A stretch of DNA of 64,000 nt from an uncultured Candidatus Saccharibacteria bacterium (lineage in GTDB: Bacteria; Patescibacteriota; Dojkabacteria; J137). The DNA lies in the NCBI GenBank assembly GCA_964607415.1, contig CAZSKK010000002.1, positions 288,585 through 352,584 of the forward strand, read 5' to 3'. Shown one piece after another: positions 56,389-64,000 of the stretch; the stretch's first letter is position 1; each line of letters begins with the position of its first letter. The notes below the pieces were generated by a model. The model had not been told where the DNA came from. It was given only the letters and a program-made list of their open reading frames with translations, and did not search any database. Both the position numbers and the translations under genes were made by a program.

Positions 56389-57657
56389 TTAAGCTTTTTT
56401 TGCGTAATAAATTGTATTTGAATTATTTTTAGTTAAATATTTTTCGCAAGCACTTTTAATATCTTCTTTGGTTACATTTTGTCTTTTTTCCACTTCGTAG
56501 TTTAGGTAATCTGCGTCACCCAAAATTTCCATCCAGCATAAGTCTAAAGCTCGATCAGCTATTTCAAGTTTTTGAAATTCAAAGCTTGTTTTAGATTCAA
56601 TTTTAACTTTTTCAAGTTCTTTATCAGAAACAAATTCATTCTTTACTTTTTCGATTTCAAACCAAATTTTTTCTTCAGCAAGTTTAAAATCGATACCATC
56701 TAAAAGCTCCGCCTTAAAATTTACTAAACCTACTTCTTTTAGTGTGTCTACACTTGCTGTAATACTTGAAAAAATCTTTTCCTCTTTAACAAGATTTTGA
56801 TACAACCTTGAAGATTCACCACCAGACAAAATATCAGTCATTAGATCCATTGTGTAAAAATCTTTGTGAATTCTTTCAGGAATATGAAAGCTGATAAAAA
56901 TTCTGTTGTGTGGAACCTCTCGTTCTACTTCTAGTAATCTTGGCTTTTTTTGCTCGGGTTCAGGTGGTAAAGCTCGCACATTTTTCTCACCTCTTTTAAT
57001 ACCTCCAAAGTACTTTTCGGTTAAATTTACAATTTCATCAAAATTAACCGAACCTGCAACGCAGAGTACTGCATTGTTTGGCACATAGTACTTGTCAAAA
57101 AACTTTTGTGCAGTTTTTAACTTAGAATTTTTAATGTGTGCAAGATTTTTGCCTATAGTGATCCAACTATATGGGTGTTTTTTATAAGCTTGCGAATAAA
57201 TCAATTTCCAAACATCGCCGTAAGGTTTGTTAATGTACCCTTGTTTGAATTCTTCCATTACAATTTTACGTTCAGCGTTAAGTTTTTCTTCTGAAATTTC
57301 AAGATTTTGCATTCTATCGGATTCAATAAAAAAAGGAATTTCAATATTTTGAGAAGGTAAAACTTCGTAATAATTTGTTGCATCCTGAAAAGTAAATGCG
57401 TTTAAATAACCACTTGCATTTTCTACAACGTCATCGATTTTGGGAATTTGCTTTGTACCTCTAAACATCAAATGTTCAAATAAGTGTGCAAAACCTGTTT
57501 CATTTGGATCTTCGTCTTTTGAACCAACGTTGTACATTAGATTAAAACAAGCTAGCGGAGTAGATTCATCTTCGTGAACTAAAAGCTTTAATCCGTTAGA
57601 TAGTGTGTGACGTTTAAAAGTGATCATAAAAATGATTATAGCAGTTTTCTGATGCAA
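56389..57657 (-). CDS. M16-family zinc peptidase, catalytic subunit
   Basis: Inverted zincin HLFEHLMFRGT (HxxEH), downstream Glu ligand region; 422 aa. Confidence 0.8.
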   Translation of the reverse strand: MHQKTAIIIFMITFKRHTLSNGLKLLVHEDESTPLACFNLMYNVGSKDEDPNETGFAHLFEHLMFRGTKQIPKIDDVVENASGYLNAFTFQDATNYYEVLPSQNIEIPFFIESDRMQNLEISEEKLNAERKIVMEEFKQGYINKPYGDVWKLIYSQAYKKHPYSWITIGKNLAHIKNSKLKTAQKFFDKYYVPNNAVLCVAGSVNFDEIVNLTEKYFGGIKRGEKNVRALPPEPEQKKPRLLEVEREVPHNRIFISFHIPERIHKDFYTMDLMTDILSGGESSRLYQNLVKEEKIFSSITASVDTLKEVGLVNFKAELLDGIDFKLAEEKIWFEIEKVKNEFVSDKELEKVKIESKTSFEFQKLEIADRALDLCWMEILGDADYLNYEVEKRQNVTKEDIKSACEKYLTKNNSNTIYYAKKA

Positions 57658-57683
57658 ATAGCGTATAGCGCATAGCGGATAGA

Positions 57684-57762
57684 TTTATTGACCATTAGCT
57701 ATGTGCTATCTGCTATAAGCTTTTAATAATTGTTAGCCATTCATGAACTACACATTTACAAC
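57684..57762. promoter_or_regulatory. ATAGCG-type imperfect inverted repeat in a divergent promoter region
   Basis: atagcgtatagcgcatagcggatag ... ctatgtgctatctgctat, arms about 19 nt separated by about 25 nt; ATAGCG repeats also at 15467, 16300-16330 and 28365-28400. Confidence 0.3.
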
Positions 57763-57804
57763 TGTCAAGTTTGCTGCTAATATTCGGCAGTTAAATTTAA
57801 AATT

Positions 57805-58062
57805 ATGGAGCCACAAATTTCTATACAACCAGTAGAACGACCTTCATTTTTACAATCAGATGCGCTAAGGTTCCCAGCTTATCAAACTGTGGGTAATTTT
57901 CTCAGCGGAAAAACTATTAGCAGACAAGATTTAATCGATAGTCTTTCTTTTGTTTTAGCAGACATAAACGAAAACCCAGGCAATTTGAACGATGCATTGC
58001 TTTGTGACATAACGTTAGAACAACTGAGACAAACAATGGATTGGGCGCTCGTTGAAGTGTAA
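57805..58062 (+). CDS. hypothetical small protein
   Basis: 85 aa ORF with a plausible divergent promoter; no motifs. Confidence 0.3.
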   Translation: MEPQISIQPVERPSFLQSDALRFPAYQTVGNFLSGKTISRQDLIDSLSFVLADINENPGNLNDALLCDITLEQLRQTMDWALVEV

Positions 58063-58074
58063 TTAAAGACTTAG

Positions 58075-60006
58075 CTAAAAAAGCTCACAAATCTGATAAA
58101 ACTTGTCCAATTTAAATCCACGTTTATCGTAATATTCTCTTGTACCAATTGAAGAAATAACTGCAAGTTTATTAAATCCGTTTTCTTCTGTGATTTCTTT
58201 GGCTTTTTCAATCAATTTTGTACCTAAGCCTAAATGTTGGGCTTGGCCGCTTGATGTTTTTTCTAACTCAAGACTTGGCCCATAGACATGAACTTCTCTA
58301 ATAATTGCACAGTTATTAAGTTCATCTGTTACTTCATTTTCTTTGCTAACTGGAATTGAAAGTCGCAAAAATCCAGCAATTTCTCTTTTACTTGTAATAT
58401 ATTGTAAAAAATACTCAGTTGAAGTTACAGTTTTGTATACAATAATGTCCAGTTTTAAATCGCTAGCCTCTAATTTCTGCCCCCTAACCTCCCTGGCTCT
58501 GATATTTGGATTTTTGCGCCCTTCAACTTTAAGTTTATTTTCAACAACTTCTCTTAAATTCGTTGTTTTGTTACCAGCTTCAATTTCAGTTGAAGGAATA
58601 TCTCTGATAATTCTTGTAAGCCTTGTGTATTCTGGGGTTGCTTCCATGCAATCTGCAATTAGGTTTACAAGCTCATTTGTTTCGTAAGGACGGTATTTAC
58701 CGTCTTGCTGAAGTTTATGTAACTCAGTATTTTTAATTACAGAAGTAGGGTAGATTTTAACTTCGTCAGGCTTGTAGTTTAAATCAGAAAAAAGCTCTTT
58801 GTAAACTTTCAAATCCAATTCTGGCGTTGCTCCATAAAGATTTGGCATCATGTGCGCATGAATTTTAAACCCAGCTTCTCTAAGTAAATTAAATGCCCTA
58901 GATGTCTCGGCACGATGTTCTCCACGTTTGTTTAAATCGCTAATGCTATCATCAAGAGTTTGAATTCCCAATTGAATTTTTGTTGCACCCAATTTCCTTA
59001 AGTTTAAAGTTTCAGTTGGAGTTAAAGTGTCTGGTCTTGTTTCCAAAACTAAACCTACGCAACGCACAGAGCCTTTTGAATTTTCATCTTGAAGATTGAA
59101 TAATTCATTCCACAATTCTTCCTTAGATTTTTTTACAATTTCGTCTTCGCTAGAAATAAATTTGTTAAAGTCATTTTTAAATTTTTGAGTTTGAATAAGC
59201 TGATTGTAAGGCTTATCACCTGTTTCTGATCTTAATTCGTCATTGTAGTCGTGTGAAAGGTAGGTGTTAAGTTCGACAGAGTTTATTGGCTGTTCGGCTA
59301 CTCCCTCACCTGGTTCGCTACGCTCACCTTCCTCTCCCAAGGGGAGAGGGAAGGCCTCATCCGGCTCGCTTTGCTCGCCACCTTCTCCTGAAAGGAGAAG
59401 GGTTTTAGAAGCTCGTGACTCGTGACTTGTGAACTCATTCATTGCTCTAAAACATTCTTTTATAAACCAGACTTTATACTTTTCTGGATAATAACTCCAG
59501 GTTCCGCCCAAAATAAGAAGTTCAATTTTATCTGTGGGGTGGCCAATATTTTTTAACGCTTGTAGTCTATTAAAAGTCTGAAGGTAAGGGCTAAATCTAT
59601 TCATTAATGCTCGTTGGGCTCCAGGTTCTGTAGCAATATAACTTTTCGGCATTCTCACATCGTTAGGGCAAAATACACATTTACCAGGACAGGCAAATGG
59701 TTTTGTTAAAACTGTTACAGTTGTAACTCCAGAAATAGTCCTTGTAGGTTTTAATTTTAATTTGCGGGTTAGCGAGTTAGCGCGTTCACGAGTTAGGCCG
59801 GGGAGTAATTTCTCGTTTTGATTTACAAGCCATTCGATTCCTAAAATTATCTGATCTCTTGCGAACATTTCTCTTCCATCTTTGGGATATTTTTTTAAGA
59901 TTTTATCAACGTTTTTTTGAGTAAGATCTGAAAGATTTAACAATTCGGTGGCAATTGCAATTAGTTCATATTTATATTTCGACGCGTCGAATCTATACTT
60001 ATTCAT
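58075..60006 (-). CDS. Elp3-like radical-SAM/GNAT tRNA wobble-uridine modification enzyme homolog
   Basis: Radical-SAM cluster CPGKCVFCPN, ELP3 central domain, C-terminal GNAT acetyl-CoA motif (HLGLGTKLIEKAKEIT); 643 aa including an internal repeat insertion. Confidence 0.8.
   Translation of the reverse strand: MNKYRFDASKYKYELIAIATELLNLSDLTQKNVDKILKKYPKDGREMFARDQIILGIEWLVNQNEKLLPGLTRERANSLTRKLKLKPTRTISGVTTVTVLTKPFACPGKCVFCPNDVRMPKSYIATEPGAQRALMNRFSPYLQTFNRLQALKNIGHPTDKIELLILGGTWSYYPEKYKVWFIKECFRAMNEFTSHESRASKTLLLSGEGGEQSEPDEAFPLPLGEEGERSEPGEGVAEQPINSVELNTYLSHDYNDELRSETGDKPYNQLIQTQKFKNDFNKFISSEDEIVKKSKEELWNELFNLQDENSKGSVRCVGLVLETRPDTLTPTETLNLRKLGATKIQLGIQTLDDSISDLNKRGEHRAETSRAFNLLREAGFKIHAHMMPNLYGATPELDLKVYKELFSDLNYKPDEVKIYPTSVIKNTELHKLQQDGKYRPYETNELVNLIADCMEATPEYTRLTRIIRDIPSTEIEAGNKTTNLREVVENKLKVEGRKNPNIRAREVRGQKLEASDLKLDIIVYKTVTSTEYFLQYITSKREIAGFLRLSIPVSKENEVTDELNNCAIIREVHVYGPSLELEKTSSGQAQHLGLGTKLIEKAKEITEENGFNKLAVISSIGTREYYDKRGFKLDKFYQICELF
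59303..59401. repeat. tandem pair of GGAGAGG-family elements inserted in-frame within the elp3-like CDS
   Basis: Two ~50-bp units each ending in a hairpin (CCTCTCCCAAGGGGAGAGG; CCTTCTCCTGAAAGGAGAAGG); GC-rich; encode the low-complexity SGEGGEQSEPDEAFPLPLGEEGERSEPGEGVAEQ; followed by GTGACTCGTGACTTGTGAAC. Confidence 0.5.
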
Positions 60007-60018
60007 AGATGCAATTTT

Positions 60019-60100
60019 AACACACCCCCTCTAGATCACCCCCACTGTCACTTCGTGACATCTCCCCCAGATCTGGGGGAGATTGCAGAGGGGGTGTGTT
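60019..60100. repeat. 82-bp GC-rich nested perfect palindrome in the elp3-like/methyltransferase divergent intergenic region
   Basis: Outer 14-bp arms AACACACCCCCTCT/AGAGGGGGTGTGTT, inner 24-nt perfect palindrome ATCTCCCCCAGATCTGGGGGAGAT, plus GTCACTTCGTGAC. Confidence 0.5.
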
Positions 60101-60117
60101 ACCTCTATACTTAATCT

Positions 60118-60828
60118 ATGAATTTATACAAAGACTACGCAGAAGAGTTTTCAAACACAAGAAAAATCGCTTGGAAAGGGTGGTTTAAGATTTTGCCTTT
60201 TTTAAATAAAAACAAAGAATTAAAAATTTTAGATTTAGGTTGTGGAAATGCAAGGTTTTTGGGCTTCTTAGTAGAGCAAGGTTACAAAATTTCGTTATAC
60301 GTTGGAATTGATAGCTCACAAGAAATGTTGAATATTGCATACAAAGAAATTAGGGAACAAATGTCTAGCCAGAACGTAATGTTTGACTTTGACCTTTGTC
60401 AAAAGAATCTAGATCTATCGGATTGGGATGAAGGTATAGACGATTCGTTCGATTTGATTGTTGGTTTTGGAGTAATACATCATTTAAAAAGTTTTAAAGC
60501 AAGAAAATTTATTTTAGAAAAATCTCAAAAGCTGTTGGAAAAAGATGGTGTTTTAGCTCTATCGTTCTGGCAGTTTTTAAAATCAGAAAGATTAAAATCG
60601 TTGATTGTAGAGCCAGCTGAAATTGGAGTAAACCATAAATCGCTAGGAGAAAACGATTATTACTTAACATTTGGAAAAGATAAAAAAGCGTATCGTTTTT
60701 GCCATTTTACAACTGAACATGAAGTAGCCGAACTTGAAGAAAGCTCAAATTTAAAAAGAGTAAAAGACTTTTATGCTGATGGAAAAGAAGGGAATCTGAA
60801 TTTCTATTGCGTTTGGAGTTTGACGTAG
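60118..60828 (+). CDS. class I SAM-dependent methyltransferase
   Basis: Motif I ILDLGCGNARF, acidic motif II, motif III-like LIVGFGVIHH. Confidence 0.7.
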   Translation: MNLYKDYAEEFSNTRKIAWKGWFKILPFLNKNKELKILDLGCGNARFLGFLVEQGYKISLYVGIDSSQEMLNIAYKEIREQMSSQNVMFDFDLCQKNLDLSDWDEGIDDSFDLIVGFGVIHHLKSFKARKFILEKSQKLLEKDGVLALSFWQFLKSERLKSLIVEPAEIGVNHKSLGENDYYLTFGKDKKAYRFCHFTTEHEVAELEESSNLKRVKDFYADGKEGNLNFYCVWSLT

Positions 60829-60849
60829 TCGGAGTAATTCTTTGAGATC

Positions 60850-60935
60850 AAAGAAACCTTGCAGATGTCATGGTGAGCCTGTCGAATCCATACATCTGCG
60901 ATATACTTGTCTATCTTTCGACAAGCTCAGGATGA
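60850..60935. repeat. complex palindromic intergenic element (GCAGATGT...ACATCTGC; CTTGTC...GACAAG)
   Basis: gcagatgtcatggtgagcctgtcgaatccatacatctgc and cttgtctatctttcgacaag; GC-richer than surroundings. Confidence 0.3.
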
Positions 60936-60964
60936 CAAGATCATAATTTAGTAATTAAAAGTCT

Positions 60965-61915
60965 ATGCTAAATCACTTTTCTACAAAACAAACTAATAAT
61001 TCATCCATCTTTTTCGAATGGAGTGAATTTGAACAAAAAGTTAAATCGGAACTTTCGTTTCCAGACGGATGCGTTTTTACTTCGGAAGTTTTTTCTATAA
61101 ATAAAGGCATCGGATTTGAAAATGTTTCAATTTTTGTAGAAAGCAGAATTTCAAATTCAGAGCTAGATGAACTTAAAAAATCAGGTTGCAAAAAAATTTT
61201 ATTAAGGTGCGCAGGCTCCGATATGTTGAATTGTGAATATGCTAAATCTATTGGAATAAAAGTTTTTAGAGTAGCTTCGTATTCTCCAGAATCAATTGCA
61301 GAATTTGTATTTGCGTTAATTCTAAACCTTGCAAGAAATTTAAATCATCAAAGAAGATTGCATACAAAATTAGAAGAAAAAAGAGATTTAAAATCGCTAG
61401 GGTTTAGTTTAAAAGGGAAAACGTTAGGAATTCACGGCTATGGGAAAATTGGCAGAAGTGTTGCACATATTGCTAGAAATGGATTTCAGATGAAAGTTTT
61501 GTATTTTGATCCATATTATGAAGGTTTGACCCGCGACACACGGGTAGCCGATCTATCAGAGTTATATTTAAGAAGTGACATAGTTTCAATACACGTTCCT
61601 TTATGTTCCGAAACCAAAAATCTTGTAGGTAAAAAATTACTTAAAAATGTAAAAGAAAGATTTATGTTGATAAATACTTCCCGTGGTGGAGTTTTGAATT
61701 CAAAAGAAATAAAAGAGCTTTTGCAAAGTAAAATAATTGATTTTCTAGGAGTTGATGTTTGGAGAAGCTATGATGATTTTGATAAAGATTTATTAAAAGA
61801 AAATATTATTCAAACAGATCATGTTGCGTTTTTAACTGAAGAGTCTATAATTTCGATTCTTAACCAAACTTTGAATTCGTTAGCGGGCAATCCTTCCGCT
61901 CAGAATATCATTTAA
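60965..61915 (+). CDS. D-isomer-specific 2-hydroxyacid dehydrogenase family protein (NAD-dependent)
   Basis: NAD-binding GIHGYGKIGRSVA, catalytic Arg/Glu/His region (NTSRGGVL...DV...E); 316 aa. Confidence 0.75.
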   Translation: MLNHFSTKQTNNSSIFFEWSEFEQKVKSELSFPDGCVFTSEVFSINKGIGFENVSIFVESRISNSELDELKKSGCKKILLRCAGSDMLNCEYAKSIGIKVFRVASYSPESIAEFVFALILNLARNLNHQRRLHTKLEEKRDLKSLGFSLKGKTLGIHGYGKIGRSVAHIARNGFQMKVLYFDPYYEGLTRDTRVADLSELYLRSDIVSIHVPLCSETKNLVGKKLLKNVKERFMLINTSRGGVLNSKEIKELLQSKIIDFLGVDVWRSYDDFDKDLLKENIIQTDHVAFLTEESIISILNQTLNSLAGNPSAQNII

Positions 61916-62033
61916 CTTTCCAATTTAGACTTTTCGGTCTATAATTTTATTAGGCATATTTCCATTACTCTTAGTTGAAATTAGGCCAAACCCCCAACAA
62001 AAGTTAAGAGGTTTTACTTTTTAGGTCTATATT

Positions 62034-62300
62034 ATGAATAAAGTAGTTAATCTTAAGAATCTAACAACCGAAGTTGTTATGAAAGCTTTACGGGAGGTTT
62101 ATTTAGACTGGAATTTTACTGAGCTTCATGGCGCACAAAACTTCGAAGTAGTTCCTAAAGATGAAGCAGAAAAAGGAAAACTTACGCTAAAATTCTACAA
62201 ACAAGATGAAAATACTTTCATTGACATTTCTGTAATAGAAGGAGAAGTAACTGATTGGACAAAAAAGTCGGTGGAAAGGCTATTGGAATATATAGCATAG
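62034..62300 (+). CDS. hypothetical small protein
   Basis: 88 aa, no motifs. Confidence 0.3.
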   Translation: MNKVVNLKNLTTEVVMKALREVYLDWNFTELHGAQNFEVVPKDEAEKGKLTLKFYKQDENTFIDISVIEGEVTDWTKKSVERLLEYIA

Positions 62301-62501
62301 CTAAAACCCAGGAAACAAAACACAAGCTCAAAATAGTATTCAATAAATAAATTTTCAACATCGACAATTTGCCAATCGCTATTCTTTTGCTTATACTGGT
62401 ACTTACCAACTTCAAAAAGCTTACTTTGTTGAGGTGTGGATATACAAAATTTCGCTTAAGAGCACAAAGAAACATAGATTTAACTTGTTACATTAAAGCA
62501 A

Positions 62502-64000
62502 ATGTGCGGAATTTTCGGATATATCGGCACCCAAAACGCGCCCACAAAAGTTCTTTCTGGTCTAAAACGTTTAGAATATCGAGGCTACGATTCATGGGGA
62601 GTTGCTTTTCAATCAAGCAATCATTTAGATATTAAAAAATATGTTGGACATATTGAGAATGCAAATCTAAGTAAAGACGATCAAAGCCTAATTGCAATTG
62701 GGCATACCAGATGGGCAACTCATGGAGGTGTTACAGACATCAATGCGCACCCTCACTTAAGCACAGATGGCTCTTTTGCACTTGCCCAAAATGGCATTGT
62801 TGAAAACTATCAAGAGCTTAAATCAGAATTAAAATCAAAAGGATTCCACTTCATTTCCCAAACAGATACAGAAGTAATAGTTAGGCTTATTGAAGAAAAA
62901 CTCAAAACAACATCGGATTTGCTGGTTGCAACTCGTCTTGCTTTTTTGGACTTAAAAGGCCGAAATACAATCATATTAATTGAAAATAATTCAAACAGAA
63001 TTATTGCAATTAGAAATGGATCACCATTGGTTGCAGGAGTTTCAGAAGATGGATTTTATTTAGCTTCCGACACATTATCTTTTGCTGAAAATACCGACAG
63101 AGTAATTTTTATAAAAGATTTTGAAATGGTTGAAATTGTTGATGGAAAAATCAAACTTTTAAACGCCAAAACAGGAAAAATTATTCAACATAAAATTCAA
63201 AAGATTAACATTGAAGATTCCAAAATCGACAAAGACGGCTTTGATCATTTTATGATTAAAGAAATTGTTGAGCAAAAACATACAATCAGAGAAGCTGTTC
63301 AATACTCTGAAGAAGATTTAAAACCTTTAACTGATAGAATAAAATCATCAAAAAGAGTTTACACAGTTGGAGCTGGGACTGCAGGATTTGCCGCAAGCCA
63401 AATTGCTTTCTTTTTGCGCGAGTACGCAAACATTAACGCAATTGAACTAAAATCCTACGAAATGACAAGCTTTAAAAATTTATTTACAAAAGAGGATTTG
63501 ATTATTGCTGTAAGCCAAAGCGGAGAAACGGCTGACACAATTGAAGCAATAGAGTTTGCAAAAAGTAAAGGCGCCAAGGTTGCAAGTATTGTAAATATGA
63601 TTGGTTCAACAGTCACAAGAATGTCAGACTATGCATATCTATCAAGATCTGGCCCAGAAATTTGTGTTGCTTCAACTAAAGCTTTTACGGCTCAGATCTC
63701 ATGGGGATTATTGCTTGCTAAAACAGTGATTGGTGAATACGAAAAAACTAAAAAAACAATCGAACAAACAGGTAAATCTTTGGAGAAGTATTTTACGGAC
63801 GAACTTTTTGATGACATCAAAAAGTTCGTTAAAATGCTTTCTAAAAAGGAGCACTTCTTCGTTTTGGGAAAAGGTCAAAATTATTATATTTCTTTGGAAG
63901 GATCATTAAAAATTAAAGAAATTACCTATAAACATTTTGAAGGTTTCCCAGCCGGGGAATTAAAACACGGAGTAATTGCGTTAATAGAAAAGGGGACTCC
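62502..64000 (+). CDS. glmS: glutamine--fructose-6-phosphate aminotransferase (isomerising), 3' partial at window end
   Basis: N-terminal nucleophile MCGIFGY, GATase type 2 domain, SIS domain motifs (AVSQSGETADT, GFPAGELKHGVIALIE); read by hand in frame 62502 with no stop through the window end; absent from the ORF track because it runs off the window. Confidence 0.9.
   Translation, partial: MCGIFGYIGTQNAPTKVLSGLKRLEYRGYDSWGVAFQSSNHLDIKKYVGHIENANLSKDDQSLIAIGHTRWATHGGVTDINAHPHLSTDGSFALAQNGIVENYQELKSELKSKGFHFISQTDTEVIVRLIEEKLKTTSDLLVATRLAFLDLKGRNTIILIENNSNRIIAIRNGSPLVAGVSEDGFYLASDTLSFAENTDRVIFIKDFEMVEIVDGKIKLLNAKTGKIIQHKIQKINIEDSKIDKDGFDHFMIKEIVEQKHTIREAVQYSEEDLKPLTDRIKSSKRVYTVGAGTAGFAASQIAFFLREYANINAIELKSYEMTSFKNLFTKEDLIIAVSQSGETADTIEAIEFAKSKGAKVASIVNMIGSTVTRMSDYAYLSRSGPEICVASTKAFTAQISWGLLLAKTVIGEYEKTKKTIEQTGKSLEKYFTDELFDDIKKFVKMLSKKEHFFVLGKGQNYYISLEGSLKIKEITYKHFEGFPAGELKHGVIALIEKGT

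Noticed and set aside
62301-62501. glmS ribozyme upstream of glmS
   Set aside because: The 200-nt leader lacks the conserved glmS ribozyme core (AGCGCCAGAACU / GGACGAGG-type motifs) and has no convincing pseudoknot architecture.
1-64000. Alternative genetic code (UGA recoding as in some CPR lineages)
   Set aside because: Very long ORFs (1960, 1311 and 1147 aa) are uninterrupted under the standard code and conserved proteins end at sensible positions with TAA/TAG/TGA stops.

Overview
This is a 64 kb, AT-rich bacterial chromosomal segment with dense, mostly housekeeping coding. Short intergenic regions, weak Shine-Dalgarno signals, a 23S-IVS-type four-helix-bundle protein, a truncated IF-2 and several fusion proteins suggest a small-genome, CPR/Patescibacteria-like organism; this is an inference from the sequence, not a database hit. 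Long ORFs read through under the standard code. Recognisable genes are typA/bipA, hisS with an adjacent tRNA-His, a NOL1/NOP2/Sun rRNA methyltransferase, recJ, hup (HU), valS, the rpoB-rpoC-rpsL-rpsG cluster, a SEDS (FtsW/RodA) protein, infB, trxB-trxA, a CsoR/RcnR-family repressor, a TsaC-TsaE fusion, two M16 peptidases, an Elp3-like radical-SAM/GNAT protein and glmS (3' partial at the window edge). No CRISPR array, integrase or transposase was seen. The main non-standard content is:
- A dispersed family of GC-rich palindromic mini-elements built around hairpins of the form CCTCTCC-loop-GGAGAGG. They occur in many intergenic regions and are inserted in-frame into two essential genes, valS and the Elp3-like gene, in the manner of Rickettsia palindromic elements.
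- A roughly 125-aa ASCH (PUA-like) domain inserted into the editing domain of ValRS.
- A duplicated, hairpin-rich 5' leader of about 95 nt immediately upstream of both rpsL and rpsG, with a related copy upstream of a LOG-methyltransferase fusion gene.
- An 82-bp GC-rich nested perfect palindrome in a divergent promoter region.
- A 1960-aa surface protein with C-terminal transmembrane helices and two CarboxypepD_reg-like domains.
- An atypical CsoR/RcnR-family regulator with an upstream operator-like inverted repeat, next to trxA-trxB.
- A block of five unannotatable genes alternating membrane and soluble products.
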